A model generated the notes under the pieces. That model made no database searches. It was given only the letters and a program-made list of their open reading frames with translations, and was not told the origin of the DNA. DNA of 64,000 bases, from the NCBI GenBank assembly GCA_010909165.1, contig VJWM01000227.1, forward strand, positions 124,001 to 188,000, read 5' to 3'. A program made the position numbers and the translations under genes. Below, piece by piece: positions 1 through 13,256 of this stretch (positions are counted from its first letter, which is position 1; every line of letters begins with the position of its first letter). This DNA is from Anthoceros angustus (Eukaryota; Plantae; Anthocerotophyta).

Positions 1-2964
1 TATCGGAATCTGGGAGCTGGAATCTGCAGCACGCGTGAATGCTCGCCGCGTGGACTGGGTGCACTGAATCTTCCCAGAGATCCACCCTGGCGAAACCCCA
101 ATTCGCCGCACCGCCCACCGATCCCGCCGACAAGACCAGATGTTGCCCCGGGATTTCTTGACCAGGGGCCCTACACTGCTCGTTTTAGCTTCTAGCATTT
201 GGCATCGCATCAATGTCTTCTTCTCTCCGCCTGCAGCTCCACTTCATGCAACTTGCTCCTGTTCATCACTGACGAGCCGCCGTCTTCGTCATCAGCACCT
301 CCGGCTTGTCTCGTCAGCCTCTCATCTTTCTGATCTGGCTTGAGCTCGTCGGGACTGGGGACACAGACACACTGTGGATGACTACAACGTTTTCGCTCAA
401 TCCATGTCATCGGGTATGCCACGAATCCATGGACATTCCTTATCACCACGCAGCTTCATTAAAATCTTGAATTCATCTCAGGCTGCTGACGCACTCATGG
501 TGTGGTACAGCGTGCTAAGTACATGTATGTACAGAAGTACGCACGGTAATTCCTTCTATCTGTCCACATAGCCGTCTTCCCTGTCTTGTGCTTCCGAGAC
601 TTTGTTCGCTATGCTGGTGGCCTTGTACCAGAGGAAGCCCTGCAGGAACGGAGAGCCCTTGAGCATTCCCTGCTTCTGAGCTGAAACGTGCCAGGCAAGA
701 GAAAGCTGCGTGCAATTGCTGCCTCCTACCTGCCTACGGCTCAGCTCAGTGGACGGGAGAGCACACGTACCGCAACAGGAAGGCCGGTGATGGCGAAGAA
801 GCCCAAGATCGGGCCCCAGAGCGGGCTGTCCGGTTGAACCACCCGAAGATAGGGTTGGGTTGAAGTACTCGAACACGGAACCCACCTGATGCCACCATCA
901 AAACACGCACAACCCACACTCACGTGAGCACGGAACCCGCAATTGTCCATATCAATCAAGCTGGAGCAACATCCTGGCGTTGCATTACCCAGCAAACCGG
1001 AATTTTCGTTTCCAGCAAACTTGCTTACCGCAGCTATGGCGACGATGGCTGAAGCCAGCAGGTAGACGAAGAACGGCAGGTCCTGGCCCTCCTCCGGAAC
1101 CGCAGCTGCTTTCTCCCCGCCAGCCCAGCGGCAGCACCTCACTCCCGGGCTTGGCCCATTCCGGGACCTTCTCCCCTCGCCGAGCTGCCGGCAGAGGATG
1201 AAGATTTGGCACACAAACGCCCACCACCACCACCTTAGACGGGTAGTAGGCCCCATCCCGCCACCGAACACGCTGGCAGCAGTGGCGCCAACATTCTGTC
1301 CTCCGCCCCCATTCCCAGCAGGAAATGACAATCAAAACAGGCCAGATCGCTCCTCCAGATGCAACTCCACTGCATGCTCGAACACCCTGGCTTCCCCAAC
1401 ATGCAGCTCCCCAAATTCCACACTCGCCCCCGCCGCCTGCAATTCCGCCTCCAGGAGCACACCAGACACGCGGATACAGACACGCAGGGAGCGCAGCAGG
1501 TGGGCGGTAGCAGCGTGGCTTGGACTCTTGGCAGCCCAGGGGAATACTTGATTTGTTCAGCCCAGCCCAGCCCAGGCCACGCCAGGCCAAACTGGCCCAA
1601 AACCAGACCAAGCTTAGCCAACCCAAGGAAAAAACCAGACAAGGCCCAGCCAGGTGTGTCGCTTAATCACGGCTCGGAAGCTGCGCTTGACCTAACTGAT
1701 CCCAGGCTCATGACTCCCAGTGGTTGGTACGATCAACGATGCCGAGAATCTGGATTCGACGTTGTGTACTTGCCGGCACTGACATTCTCGTTCTCATGCG
1801 CAAGAACGAGGCCAAGAAAGAGTCGCCGAGCTGCTGCCAGTATGCACAAATAAAACCACCCACAAACTTATCGGAATCTGGGAGCTGGAATCTGCAGCAC
1901 GCGTGAATGCTCGCCGCGTGGACTGGGTGCACTGAATCTTCCCAGAGATCCACCCTGGCGAAACCCCAATTCGCCGCACCGCCCACCGATCCCGCCGACA
2001 AGACCAGATGTTGCCCCGGGATTTCTTGACCAGGGGGCCCTACACTGCTCGTTTTAGCTTCTAGCATTTGGCATCGCATCAATGTCTTCTTCTCTCCGCC
2101 TGCAGCTCCACTTCATGCAACTTGCTCCTGTTCATCACTGACGAGCCGCCGTCTTCGTCATCAGCACCTCCGGCTTGTCTCGTCAGCCTCTCATCTTTCT
2201 GATCTGGCTTGAGCTCGTCGGGACTGGGGACACAGACACACTGTGGATGACTACAACGTTTTCGCTCAATCCATGTCATCGGGTATGCCACGAATCCATG
2301 GACATTCCTTATCACCACGCAGCTTCATTAAAATCTTGAATTCATCTCAGGCTGCTGACGCACTCATGGTGTGGTACAGCGTGCTAAGTACATGTATGTA
2401 CAGAAGTACGCACGGTAATTCCTTCTATCTGTCCACATAGCCGTCTTCCCTGTCTTGTGCTTCCGAGACTTTGTTCGCTATGCTGGTGGCCTTGTACCAG
2501 AGGAAGCCCTGCAGGAACGGAGAGCCCTTGAGCATTCCCTGCTTCTGAGCTGAAACGTGCCAGGCAAGAGAAAGCTGCGTGCAATTGCTGCCTCCTACCT
2601 GCCTACGGCTCAGCTCAGTGGACGGGAGAGCACACGTACCGCAACAGGAAGGCCGGTGATGGCGAAGAAGCCCAAGATCGGGCCCCAGAGCGGGCTGTCC
2701 GGTTGAACCACCCGAAGATAGGGTTGGGTTGAAGTACTCGAACACGGAACCCACCTGATGCCACCATCAAAACACGCACAACCCACACTCACGTGAGCAC
2801 GGAACCCGCAATTGTCCATATCAATCAAGCTGGAGCAACATCCTGGCGTTGCATTACCCAGCAAACCGGAATTTTCGTTTCCAGCAAACTTGCTTACCGC
2901 AGCTATGGCGACGATGGCTGAAGCCAGCAGGTAGACGAAGAACGGCAGGTCCTGGCCCTCCTCC
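1..2964. repeat. Tandem duplicate copies (period ~1869 bp) of the 4396-6286 block
   Basis: 1-1208 matches ~5072-6286 and 1209-2964 matches ~4396-6169. The same ORFs recur at 210/2079/5318, 374/2243/5449 and 515/2384/5590. The copies differ mainly by shorter homopolymer runs. Confidence 0.92.
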
Positions 2965-4498
2965 CGCTGAACTTGGGTAGTAAATCATCACACTGTGGTT
3001 GTCACCTACCCAAACAAAAGTCAACGTTGACATCCAAAGTGCAGCGGACACTTGTGTGCCTATCCTCACGAAGGTCAAATGCGAATAGGACCTACCATCG
3101 ACAGGCTTCTCAACAAAGGGCTTCATGATCCTTTTGCCGTGAACTTCAACATAATCTTCTTCCTCAATGAAGTAGTCAAGGTCCTGATCCGGATACTCTC
3201 TATTGACAAGGGCGTAGGGGGGAGTGGGGATCCCATACTCTTCCAGTCGCTGCGACAGATGAAACACCCCAGCATAAGTGATTCACTGCCCACATCGCCA
3301 TCGATTTCTTACATAACATGTTGCCCCTCACACAGGAACCGCAAGAGGCGGGTTACAGTGGAGAACATACAGAGTAGACCTTCCTTCGATCATGGAGGAG
3401 GTGTTGCGAGCCCAACTCATTCACCAAAAAGGGCCTGAGGTGACAGTGAGCCAACAATGAGTATGAGGACAGGGAGGTGAACGGCAATAAGCACCCAGTT
3501 ACCTTGGACACTTATACCGCTGTAACGGAAAAGACGAGAGCTCACTTTCTGAGTAGCGCATACGCCTCAGCCTTCTCCAGAGGGTAGCCAGTCGAATAGA
3601 AAGCTATCAGACAGTCGCAGATTGGCCAGCTGCAGTGCAAACATGAAGCGTTTTTACAATCATGCTATCAGGAGCATCAAAACGTACGAAACACAAAATC
3701 AACAATGCAAAACAAACTGCGACAGCAAATCAACTGTCGAGTCGCTCAAGATTTCAGATGCGATTCATCAAAAACGCAATCTCAAGAATCAGTCGTACTT
3801 CTCGACAGGTTCCTCCAGAATAACTTTGTCTCCGAAAATAACCACCTGAAACGAATCCGTCAGCCCAAGCGGCACACATGAGCAACGAACCTTTGCCGCC
3901 AAGCTCTCCACACAAAGCCAAAAATCGAAACCCCAGCATCAGGGAGATTCCACCAACAAGAAACCATCGCCATAGACACCACCAGGACAAGAACCCCGCG
4001 GAGTGCAAGAAGACGTCAACGCGCCCATTAAAGTACCTCGAATTCCCCAAAATCCTGAAGCCTCTTCAAAATCTCGGTCATAGGAGCTGACAGAGCCTGC
4101 AACACAAGAGGGCAGAGTCAAATGTCACAAAACCGAACACAAGCCATCGCCTCCGCTCACCACCCCACCAGCGATTCTCACAAGGCGCGTTCGAGCATCA
4201 TGCAACCCAACTCAAGTCCCCCAGAACTCAAAATTAATCCCACCAACCACCACCGACACCAACACCCCTTTAACACAAAAACATGAGCCTCGAGGTCCGA
4301 CCCCACAGACGAGGACCCACAAATTTCCCCCTCAATTCCCCCTCCGAAACGCACCACGCACCTCGCCCACCGCTCCCCACTCACCTTCTTCTCCAGCACA
4401 CAAACGCCCACCACCACCTTAGACGGGTAGTAGGCCCCATCCCCGCCACCGAACACGCTGGCAGCAGTGGCGCCAACATTCTGTCCTCCGCCCCCCAT
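2958..4498 (-). CDS. VIH: Inositol hexakisphosphate/diphosphoinositol-pentakisphosphate kinase (PPIP5K, VIP1/VIH family); 5' seven exons only, truncated at a junction near 2960
   Basis: Exons 4385-4498, 4037-4096, 3799-3845, 3546-3629, 3371-3434, 3096-3249 and ~2958-3005, all GT-AG. They give [85 protein letters not shown]/..[42 protein letters not shown], the VIH kinase N-terminus. Confidence 0.9.
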
Positions 4499-5630
4499 TC
4501 CCCAGCAGGAAATGACAATCAAAACAGGCCAGATCGCTCCCTCCAGATGCAACTCCACTGCATGCTCGAACACCCCTGGCTTCCCCCCAACATGCAGCTC
4601 CCCAAATTCCCACACTCGCCCCCCCGCCGCCTGCAATTCCGCCCTCCAGGAGCACACCAGACACGCGGGATACAGACACGCAGGGAGCGCAGCAGGTGGG
4701 CGGTAGCAGCGCGTGGCTTGGACTCTTGGCAGCCCAGGGGGGAATACTTGATTTGTTCAGCCCAGCCCAGCCCAGGCCACGCCAGGCCAAACTGGCCCAA
4801 AACCAGACCAAGCTTAGCCAACCCAAGGAAAAAACCAGACAAGGCCCAGCCGGCAGGTGTGTCGCTTAATCACGGCTCGGAAGCTGCGCTTGACCTAACT
4901 GATCCCAGGCTCATGACTCCCAGTGGTTGGTACGATCAACGATGCCGAGAATCTGGATTCGACGTTGTGTACTTGCCGGCACTGACATTCTCGTTCTCAT
5001 GCGCAAGAACGAGGCCAAGAAAGAGTCGCCGAGCTGCTGCCAGTATGCACAAATAAAACCACCCACAAACTTATCGGAATCTGGGAGCTGGAATCTGCAG
5101 CACGCGTGAATGCTCGCCGCGTGGACTGGGTGCACTGAATCTTCCCAGAGATCCACCCTGGCGAAACCCCAATTCGCCGCACCGCCCACCGATCCCGCCG
5201 ACAAGACCAGATGTTGCCCCGGGATTTCTTGACCAGGGGGCCCTACACTGCTCGTTTTTAGCTTCTAGCATTTGGCATCGCATCAATGTCTTCTTCTCTC
5301 CCGCCTGCAGCTCCACTTCATGCAACTTGCTCCTGTTCATCACTGACGAGCCGCCGTCTTTCGTCATCAGCACCTCCGGCTTGTCTCGTCAGCCTCTCAT
5401 CTTTCTGATCTGGCTTGAGCTCGTCGGGACTGGGGACACAGACACACTGTGGATGACTACAACGTTTTCGCTCAATCCATGTCATCGGGTATGCCACGAA
5501 TCCATGGACATTCCTTATCACCACGCAGCTTCATTAAAATCTTGAATTCATCTCAGGCTGCTGACGCACTCATGGTGTGGTACAGCGTGCTAAGTACATG
5601 TATGTACAGAAGTACGCACGGTAATTCCTT

Positions 5631-6335
5631 CTATCTGTCCACATAGCCGTCTTCCCTGTCTTGTGCTTCCGAGACTTTGTTCGCTATGCTGGTGGCCTTG
5701 TACCAGAGGAAGCCCTGCAGGAACGGAGAGCCCTTGAGCATTCCCTGCTTCTGAGCTGAAACGTGCCAGGCAAGAGAAAGCTGCGTGCAATTGCTGCCTC
5801 CTACCTGCCTACGGCTCAGCTCAGTGGACGGGAGCACACGTACCGCAACAGGAAGGCCGGTGATGGCGAAGAAGCCCAAGATCGGGCCCCAGAGCGGGCT
5901 GTCCGGTTGAACCACCCCGAAGATAGGGTTGGAGTTGAAGTACTCGAACACGGAACCCACCTGATGCCACCATCAAACACGCACAACCCACACTCACGTG
6001 AGCACGGAACCCGCAATTGTCCATATCAATCAAGCTGGAGCAACATCCTGGCGTTGCATTACCCAGCAAACCGGAATTTTCGTTTCCAGCAAACTTGCTT
6101 ACCGCAGCTATGGCGACGATGGCTGAAGCCAGCAGGTAGACGAAGAACGGCAGGTCCTGGCCCTCCTCCGGAACCGCAGCTGCTTTCTCCCCGCCAGCCC
6201 AGGGCGGCAGCACCTCACTCCCGGGCTTGGCCCATTCCGGGACCTTCTCCCCCTCGCCCGAGCTGCCGGCAGAGGATGAAGATTTGTCCACCGCATTCAC
6301 GCTCCAGGTTCTGCGCCATCGGCTCCCGGCTGCTT
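5631..6335 (-). pseudogene. 3' part of a small conserved plant, probably plastid, membrane-protein gene; 5' end replaced by a duplicated block
   Basis: Spliced reading: [99 protein letters not shown]. Further partial copies lie at 556-1208 and 2425-2964. Confidence 0.7.
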
Positions 6336-6338
6336 CCT

Positions 6339-7387
6339 CATTGCCATGTTGTTCACTCCTTAGGTGTGGAATACACCTATAGAGATATTTTATCCGCCAA
6401 AATGTTCCGCAACCATGAAATTGGTCTCCCCAAGCTTCCCTAGGCTACCCTACTACCTACATGGATAAGAGTTTTCCATGAGTTTTGTCCACACACTCTC
6501 ACGATCCTTTGTCAATACATTACAAAACGTTTTCTAGACTTGAAACTATAAGAGTAAATCATCTTTCTGATCTGGCTTGAGCTCGTCGGGACTGGGGACA
6601 CAGACACACTGTGGATGACTACAACGTTTTCTAGACTTGAAACTATAAGAGTAAATCATCTTTCATCTCGCATCTAGTATCTGCTTTTAAATCAATCATT
6701 CTAATAGCATGGAGATAAATAATTTTTCTGTTCTTTTGAATTAAAAGAGAACGTGGAGACTTTCATGATCAATTCAATTCAAAATAATTGTGGTCTAACG
6801 CACACAACCCTCCAAGTAAGTGCAAAACGTGCCCTATATCAAGGATGACATCATAAATTATGTACCACAATCTATCATCTAACCATGTTATACCTATTCC
6901 ATTTCTATGCCTCTATTTCGTGCGTGCTATTCCTGAATGGGATCATACTCACTTTACTAGATGGCATAAAATGAGGACTATTAAACATGATAAAAAAAGT
7001 ATGCTTTAATATATATAAATTTTAAACTATATAATAAAATTTTATATTATAAATTTTATGATCATTATAGATGTTATTTTAATTATTACTAAATTTTTAA
7101 TTATTACTGATCAGATCATTAATAACCTAATGTATGTTATCCATATATATTAAAATTAAGCGAATGCTAACAAACTAGCCCTATGCACCGAAACCAGGCA
7201 TCTTTGTTCCGAGTTCTATGGGCTGTAGTAAAGTCTCTAAAATGCACACGTTCCTATAGAAGGATTCTAAAAAAACTAGCCCTATGCACTAAAAGAGTAT
7301 CTTTCTTCTAAAGTGCTTTTGTGCATTAATAACATCTCTAACATGCAACACATACCTATCTATGTAGATCATCTTGCACTTTGTTCG
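6339..7387. repeat. Near-identical copy of the AT-rich block at ~9403-10357
   Basis: Direct match from cttcctcattgccatgttg to catcttgcactttgttc. Both junctions sit on microhomologies. Confidence 0.92.
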
Positions 7388-8196
7388 CTATGCTGGTGGC
7401 CTTGTACCAGAGGAAGCCCTGCAGGAACGGAGAGCCCTTGAGCATTCCCTGCTTCTGAGCTGAAACGTGCCAGGCAAGAGAAAGCTGCGTGCAATTGCTG
7501 CCTCCCTACCTGCCTACGGCTCAGCTCAGTGGACGGGAGAGCACACGTACCGCAACAGGAAGGCCGGTGATGGCGAAGAAGCCCAAGATCGGGCCCCAGA
7601 GCGGGCTGTCCGGTTGAACCACCCCGAAGATAGGGTTGGAGTTGAAGTACTCGAACACGGAACCCACCTGATGCCACCATCAAACACGCACAACCCACAC
7701 TCACGTGAGCACGGAACCCGCAATTGTCCATATCAATCAAGCTGGAGCAACATCCTGGCGTTGCATTACCCAGCAAACCGGAATTTTCGTTTCCAGCAAA
7801 CTTGCTTACCGCAGCTATGGCGACGATGGCTGAAGCCAGCAGGTAGACGAAGAACGGCAGGTCCTGGCCCTCCTCCGGAACCGCAGCTGCTTTCTCCCCG
7901 CCAGCCCAGGGCGGCAGCACCTCACTCCCGGGCTTGGCCCATTCCGGGACCTTCTCCCCCTCGCCCGAGCTGCCGGCAGAGGATGAAGATTTGTCCACCG
8001 CATTCACGCTCCAGGTTCTGCGCCATCGGCTCCCGGCTGCTCCCAGCTGGACTCCTCCACTTGCATTCCTCCTCACGAGCCAGGAGTTGGCCGGGGAGGC
8101 TGCAGACGACGTGGACGGGGCATGGTGAGACCCGATTACAGCAGCGGGGGTGGCAAGGCAGGAGGAGGAGGCAGCCGGGGTTGCCATGGCTCGCAT
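7380..8196 (-). CDS. 5' part of the same small plastid membrane-protein gene (transit-peptide-like N-terminus, two TM segments); last exon truncated here
   Basis: The N-terminus MRAMATPAASSS is Ser/Ala-rich. Exon 1 ends at 7810 (GCG|GTAAG) and exon 2 starts GTG GGT TCC. Exon 3 is cut after KATSIANKV by the junction near 7380. Confidence 0.72.
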
Positions 8197-11100
8197 GTCA
8201 AAGCCATGGCTGGAGCAGCGCCATACTCACAACCCTAACGGATAGGCTTTGCTTGCTTCCCATTGGCTTGGACGCAGCTTGCTAGGGTTTGGAGCTCTCG
8301 TGTTTGGTTCTTTCTTTCATGTGGCAACTGGGAGGGCCTTGAAGACGGCGGAGGCTGTCACCAGGCTGTTCTCGCAAGTGCGTGAGTGGAGTGCTCAATT
8401 CCATGGCGAGGTCCGGCAGCCCGGGCCTTCGGCAGAGGCGGTGCCAGAAGAGACGAAATGCCTTTGGCATTGAGTGGGAAGTCTGTTGCGCCTGCCAGTA
8501 AAGCGTGGAGGCCTGGAGGGCCCTTTTTCACCCACTTCTTAACAACCACCCTTGTAGTATTTACACTCACAAGTGCCGCAACGAGCTGTTCTGAATCATC
8601 AGCCAAGAGTCCCGACACCCGCAGTCCGCACGCAGGGTGTTGGTGACGCTGCCACAGGGGGCTGTGGCTCACGTTTCGCCATGGGGTTACCTTACGGGGC
8701 CGCTGGCAACGACACCCCTCCATACAGCCTGGTCTGATTTCAAGCTCAGCGAGGCAGCGATCGGGCTTTATACAAATGTAGCTTTGTTTAGGTTTGTATG
8801 TACATGGTAGGGCAAAGGTGATGAACCAGGCTGCCAGGCTTCTGCATCGGCTCTCATCTCTGAAGGCTGAAACTAGGCTGTTGCTCCGGGGAACTCGCCA
8901 CAACTACAGCACTGGTTGCGTGCCCATCTCTGCACTTCTGGGAGATTTCTGCCGCTGCTCCCACCATCAGGCTCTTGCTGGCTTTGGGGCCCTGCTACTG
9001 TGTCACCATCCCACTTTTCCGCCGGGCGCCGGGCTCTCCTGCTGCCTACTTGGCCCTATACCTGCACCCTCACCACTTGTCACTCGGTTGTTGCCTACTG
9101 GGTGAGGCACATCCTTACAGATCTAGTATTGCAAATTGAACCTCTTCCCGCTTTCGTGGATTATGGTCCCTTCTACAGTGCTCCCCTTATCCGAAGTCTC
9201 TGAAATTTGCTACTCCCTAATTACGAGCTGTGAACTCACTTTGCTACTCGTAATTTGATAACCTAGTTCTTGCAAAACACAGCTACGAGAATGCCTGGTA
9301 TCCGAGGGCTTTCGTCACAACTTTTTGCTCTTGGGACACAATTCGGGCTTGCATCTTTGTGACTCAGAAATTAGTCACTGCCCGTCACCTTCCCCCGGCG
9401 GCTTCCTCATTGCCATGTTGTTCACTCCTTAGGTGTGGAATACACCTATAGAGATATTTTTATCCGCCAAAATGTTCCGCAACCATGAAATTGGTCTCCC
9501 CAAGCTTCCCTAGGCTACCCTACTACCTACATGGATAAGAGTTTTCCATGAGTTTTGTCCACACACTCTCACGATCCTTTGTCAATACATTACAAAACGT
9601 TTTCTAGACTTGAAACTATAAGAGTAAATCATCTTTCATCTCGCATCTAGTATCTGCTTTTAAATCAATCATTCTAATAGCATGGAGATAAATAATTTTT
9701 TCTGTTCTTTTGAATTAAAAGAGAACGTGGAGACTTTCATGATCAATTCAATTCAAAATAATTGTGGTCTAACGCACACAACCCTCCAAGTAAGTGCAAA
9801 ACGTGCCCTATATCAAGGATGACATCATAAATTATGTACCACAATCTATCATCTAACCATGTTATACCTATTCCATTTCTATGCCTCTATTTCGTGCGTG
9901 CTATTCCTGAATGGGATCATACTCACTTTACTAGATGGCATAAAATGAGGACTATTAAACATGATAAAAAAAGTATGCTTTAATATATATAAATTTTAAA
10001 CTATATAATAAAATTTTATATTATAAATTTTATGATCATTATAGATGTTATTTTAATTATTACTAAATTTTTAATTATTACTGATCAGATCATTAATAAC
10101 CTAATGTATGTTATCCATATATTAAAATTAAACGAATGCTAACAAACTAGCCCTATGCACCGAACAGGCATCTTTGTTCCAGAGTTCTATGGGCTGTAGT
10201 AAAGTCTCTAAAATGCACACGTTCCTATAGAAGGATTCTAAAAAAACTAGCCCTATGCACTAAAAGAGTATCTTTCTTCTAAAGTGCTTTTGTGCATTAA
10301 TAACATCTCTAACATGCAACACATACCTATCTATGTAGATCATCTTGCACTTTGTTCTTTCTAATATCTCTGTCACATTACGGCTAATTACGGCGAATTC
10401 AGTATTTCAATAAAACTTTACAACTTCACTAAAGCATTATATCTAAAAAAAGTAAGTGGTATACTTCTCTTTTGTTAAAGTAGAAGTAAATACAACCGTT
10501 TTGAAATCCACTATAGTATCTTTATTAAGCCGAGAGGATCTACCGTCACCTAAAAAGCTGGTCCAGGATATTATAGTACTAAAATATATTTTATTTCAAA
10601 ATTAATTATATATATCATTTAAATATTCAAAAGTTTTTAAGAACTAAATCGAAGTGCGATGTTAATTTGTAACAATGTAACGCATGGATAAACTTAAAGA
10701 TCCTGCTTAAGATCAAATTTGGTCTGCTTACCTATTCTGAACAGAAAAAACACGATGCATAAAATCGAGATAAAACAGAATATTCAAATGGGACCGAATG
10801 GAGCATCCTAGAGGAATCCCCAAAGTGTGAAAGTGTGGGTGGATTCTTGACCTTGGTGTGTATGTATTTTTGGGTATCCGTAGATGCCATGCGAGAAGAC
10901 GAAAGTTGAAGGCGACAGACCTGACAGTCTGGGACGGACTGTCTGACCACGGGCTTCTCGCGAACCGGAACCAAACAGTCAACTCGTCGGGGGCTTGGGC
11001 TGACTGCCGTCTGCTGTTGGAGGAATGAAGGGCCACGAGAACCAACACCAAGTCCTGCACCATAAAAGGATGAATGCTCCGCCTTCCAATTCGCTTTCTG

Positions 11101-11697
11101 AGCTTCCTCTTCCTCGCACTCTCACATTCGCCTGGTCCTCACAAGCTTCCCAATTCACCGTAGTCGAAAATCTCCGCAGCCACTTGTTCCTTGTCTCAAC
11201 ACGCTGAGTTCACTCGAATTCGCGTGAACTCTGCATGCAGCTGGAACCGATCGCATCGCCTGGCAGCGGAACAGGTGAGACAAAATGGGAGTCGTGAAAT
11301 GAAGAATCGTAAATATGCATCGTTTAGAGGAATATGGACTGGTGAATTGGAAATGGATCGTGAGAAGTCGTTAGGAGCTGTGGTGGTTTGCTAGACAGTG
11401 AGACGAAGCCGACGGATACTATGTGAGATTCTAGAGAACTGTTTGATGTGAGATCGTAGCCAGATTTGCACATCAGACAAGGGGAGGATAGTAGAGCAAG
11501 ATTGAGTCAAGAACGTTCTGTGATGAGCAGGCTCTGACACAACAGTGGCTAAACAGTAGTGCGATCTTGGATCGGATGGATCCGGTGCACAAGTTTCTGA
11601 CGAGGTTGCTGCTTCGTTGTACGATTGTAGCAGGGCTCCGGTGACAGCTTGCGGGCCAGTTGCAGCTTGCGGCCTCTCCTTCACAAGTAGCTCAAGA

Positions 11698-12880
11698 ATG
11701 ACGTCTGCAATGACTGTGCACGAAGACGCCATGGAGGAGGCCCGTGGCTCCGGCTGCATCCCTAGGTCCAGCAGTCCCCGAATCACGCTGATGCAGAAGG
11801 TAGACCTGGAGCCTGCATTAGCGTAATAGTTTATTCTGCATGGGACTGTTCAGCACATGGGATTTGTCTGGGCTTGGATTGACCTGGATGCTGGTGATCT
11901 TTTTGTGTCTGGCCAGCTTGGGGCAGAGGCACTTGGCACCTTCTTTCTTGTCTTCGCTGGATGTGGGGCAGAGGTGGTGAATAAGAAGACTGGAGGACAG
12001 GTCACTCATGTTGGCATATCCCTGACCTGGGGATCTGTGGTTGTGGCTCTGGTGTATGCGCTGGGGCACATATCAGGGTGTCATGTCAACCCTGCTGTCT
12101 CCATTGCCTTGGCCTCTGTGAGCAAGTTTCAGTGGGCCCTGGTGAGATCACGGCCTCCAGTCTTTCAAAGTCACGTAGAATAGCATTCCTTGGGAGCTGT
12201 GTTCCTCTAACCTATTTTTTCCTTGAAATTTGGCAGGTGCCTGGCTACATCCTGGCGCAGTGCTTGGGCTCCATTTGTGCTGCATTTGCACTCCGGCTCT
12301 CTGTTGGCTCCTATTACAACCTCGGCGCAGCATATCCTATTGGATCCGATGCGGAGGCCCTAGCCATGGAGGCCATCATCACCTTCATCCTCATGTTTGT
12401 GATCATGAGTGTTTGCACTGATGAGAAGGCGGTAGGTGCCACCCTCTTGATTCCTGCCACTCACAACCAGCTGTCCTGTGACAAAAAGCATACCCCCACA
12501 CTTCCACATTTCTGACCTCTCAAGGACCTGCCTGAAGCAGGTTCCACAACTCGGAGGAGCTGCAATTGGAGCGATCGTCACGGCCAATGCACTGATCGCT
12601 ACGTGAGTACCCATCTGCCTCACATGCCTCCTACTTCAGAATGGTGCTGAACGCAAAGCTGAAATTGATGTGGTGGTGTTGTAATTTGCACAGTCCTATC
12701 AGCGGAGCATCCATGAACCCGGCAAGATCTCTGGGGCCCGCCCTGGCATCAAGCTTTTACAAAGGCTTCTGGGTGTACATCATAGGCCCTACCCTCGGTG
12801 CTCTGGCAGGCGCTTGGGCTTACCAACTGCTCCGCATCCACCCCGACACAGAGGCCAGCGAGCCCAAGGGAAAATTCTGA
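11698..12880 (+). CDS. NIP: NOD26-like intrinsic protein (NIP aquaporin), 5 exons
   Basis: Exons 11698-11799, 11917-12141, 12237-12431, 12541-12602 and 12694-12880. Motifs GHISGCHVNPAV and ISGASMNPARSLGP. Internal exon sizes are 225/195/62. Confidence 0.95.
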
Positions 12881-13058
12881 AGCCAGCCCAGCTTGGTTGA
12901 GGTCGAGTAATTTTATCGGGACCACAGTTTTGTATAAATTAGAGCCTCCATTCTTGTAAATCATAATCATATCAACTAGGTACCTAGATATATAAATCCC
13001 TCGTAACAGACAGTGGCAGAGGCTTCCATACATGTAATCCGACTTATCTGATTAGCTG

Positions 13059-13075
13059 GCCACGTCCGCCATGCA
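13059..13075. promoter_or_regulatory. ABRE (ACGTGGC on the minus strand) next to an RY element (CATGCA), upstream of the LEA gene
   Basis: gccacgtccgccatgca lies ~190 bp upstream of the LEA ATG. This is the known ABA/ABI3-type cis-module of LEA genes. Confidence 0.5.
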
Positions 13076-13256
13076 AGGAAACACTAGAACCAGGACTCGC
13101 CAGTTCAGCACCGCCAGTCCTGAGTCCACTTGTTCCCCACGCTCTTCAAATCAAACCCGCACAGATTACAGTGTCTACAAACCACATCCTCGTGTGCTGC
13201 GCAGGAAGGAAGCCTGAATTTCATTCTTTTCACCTTGCTGCACGTACGTAACTGCG

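Noticed and set aside
4850-5600. Possible small plus-strand gene or ncRNA diverging from PPIP5K
   Set aside because: There are some splice-like signals, but no recognisable protein or RNA motif. The repeated ORFs only reflect the duplication.
8300-11400. Short ORFs at 8.3-9.2 kb and 10.7-11.4 kb
   Set aside because: No recognisable domains or consistent exon chain.
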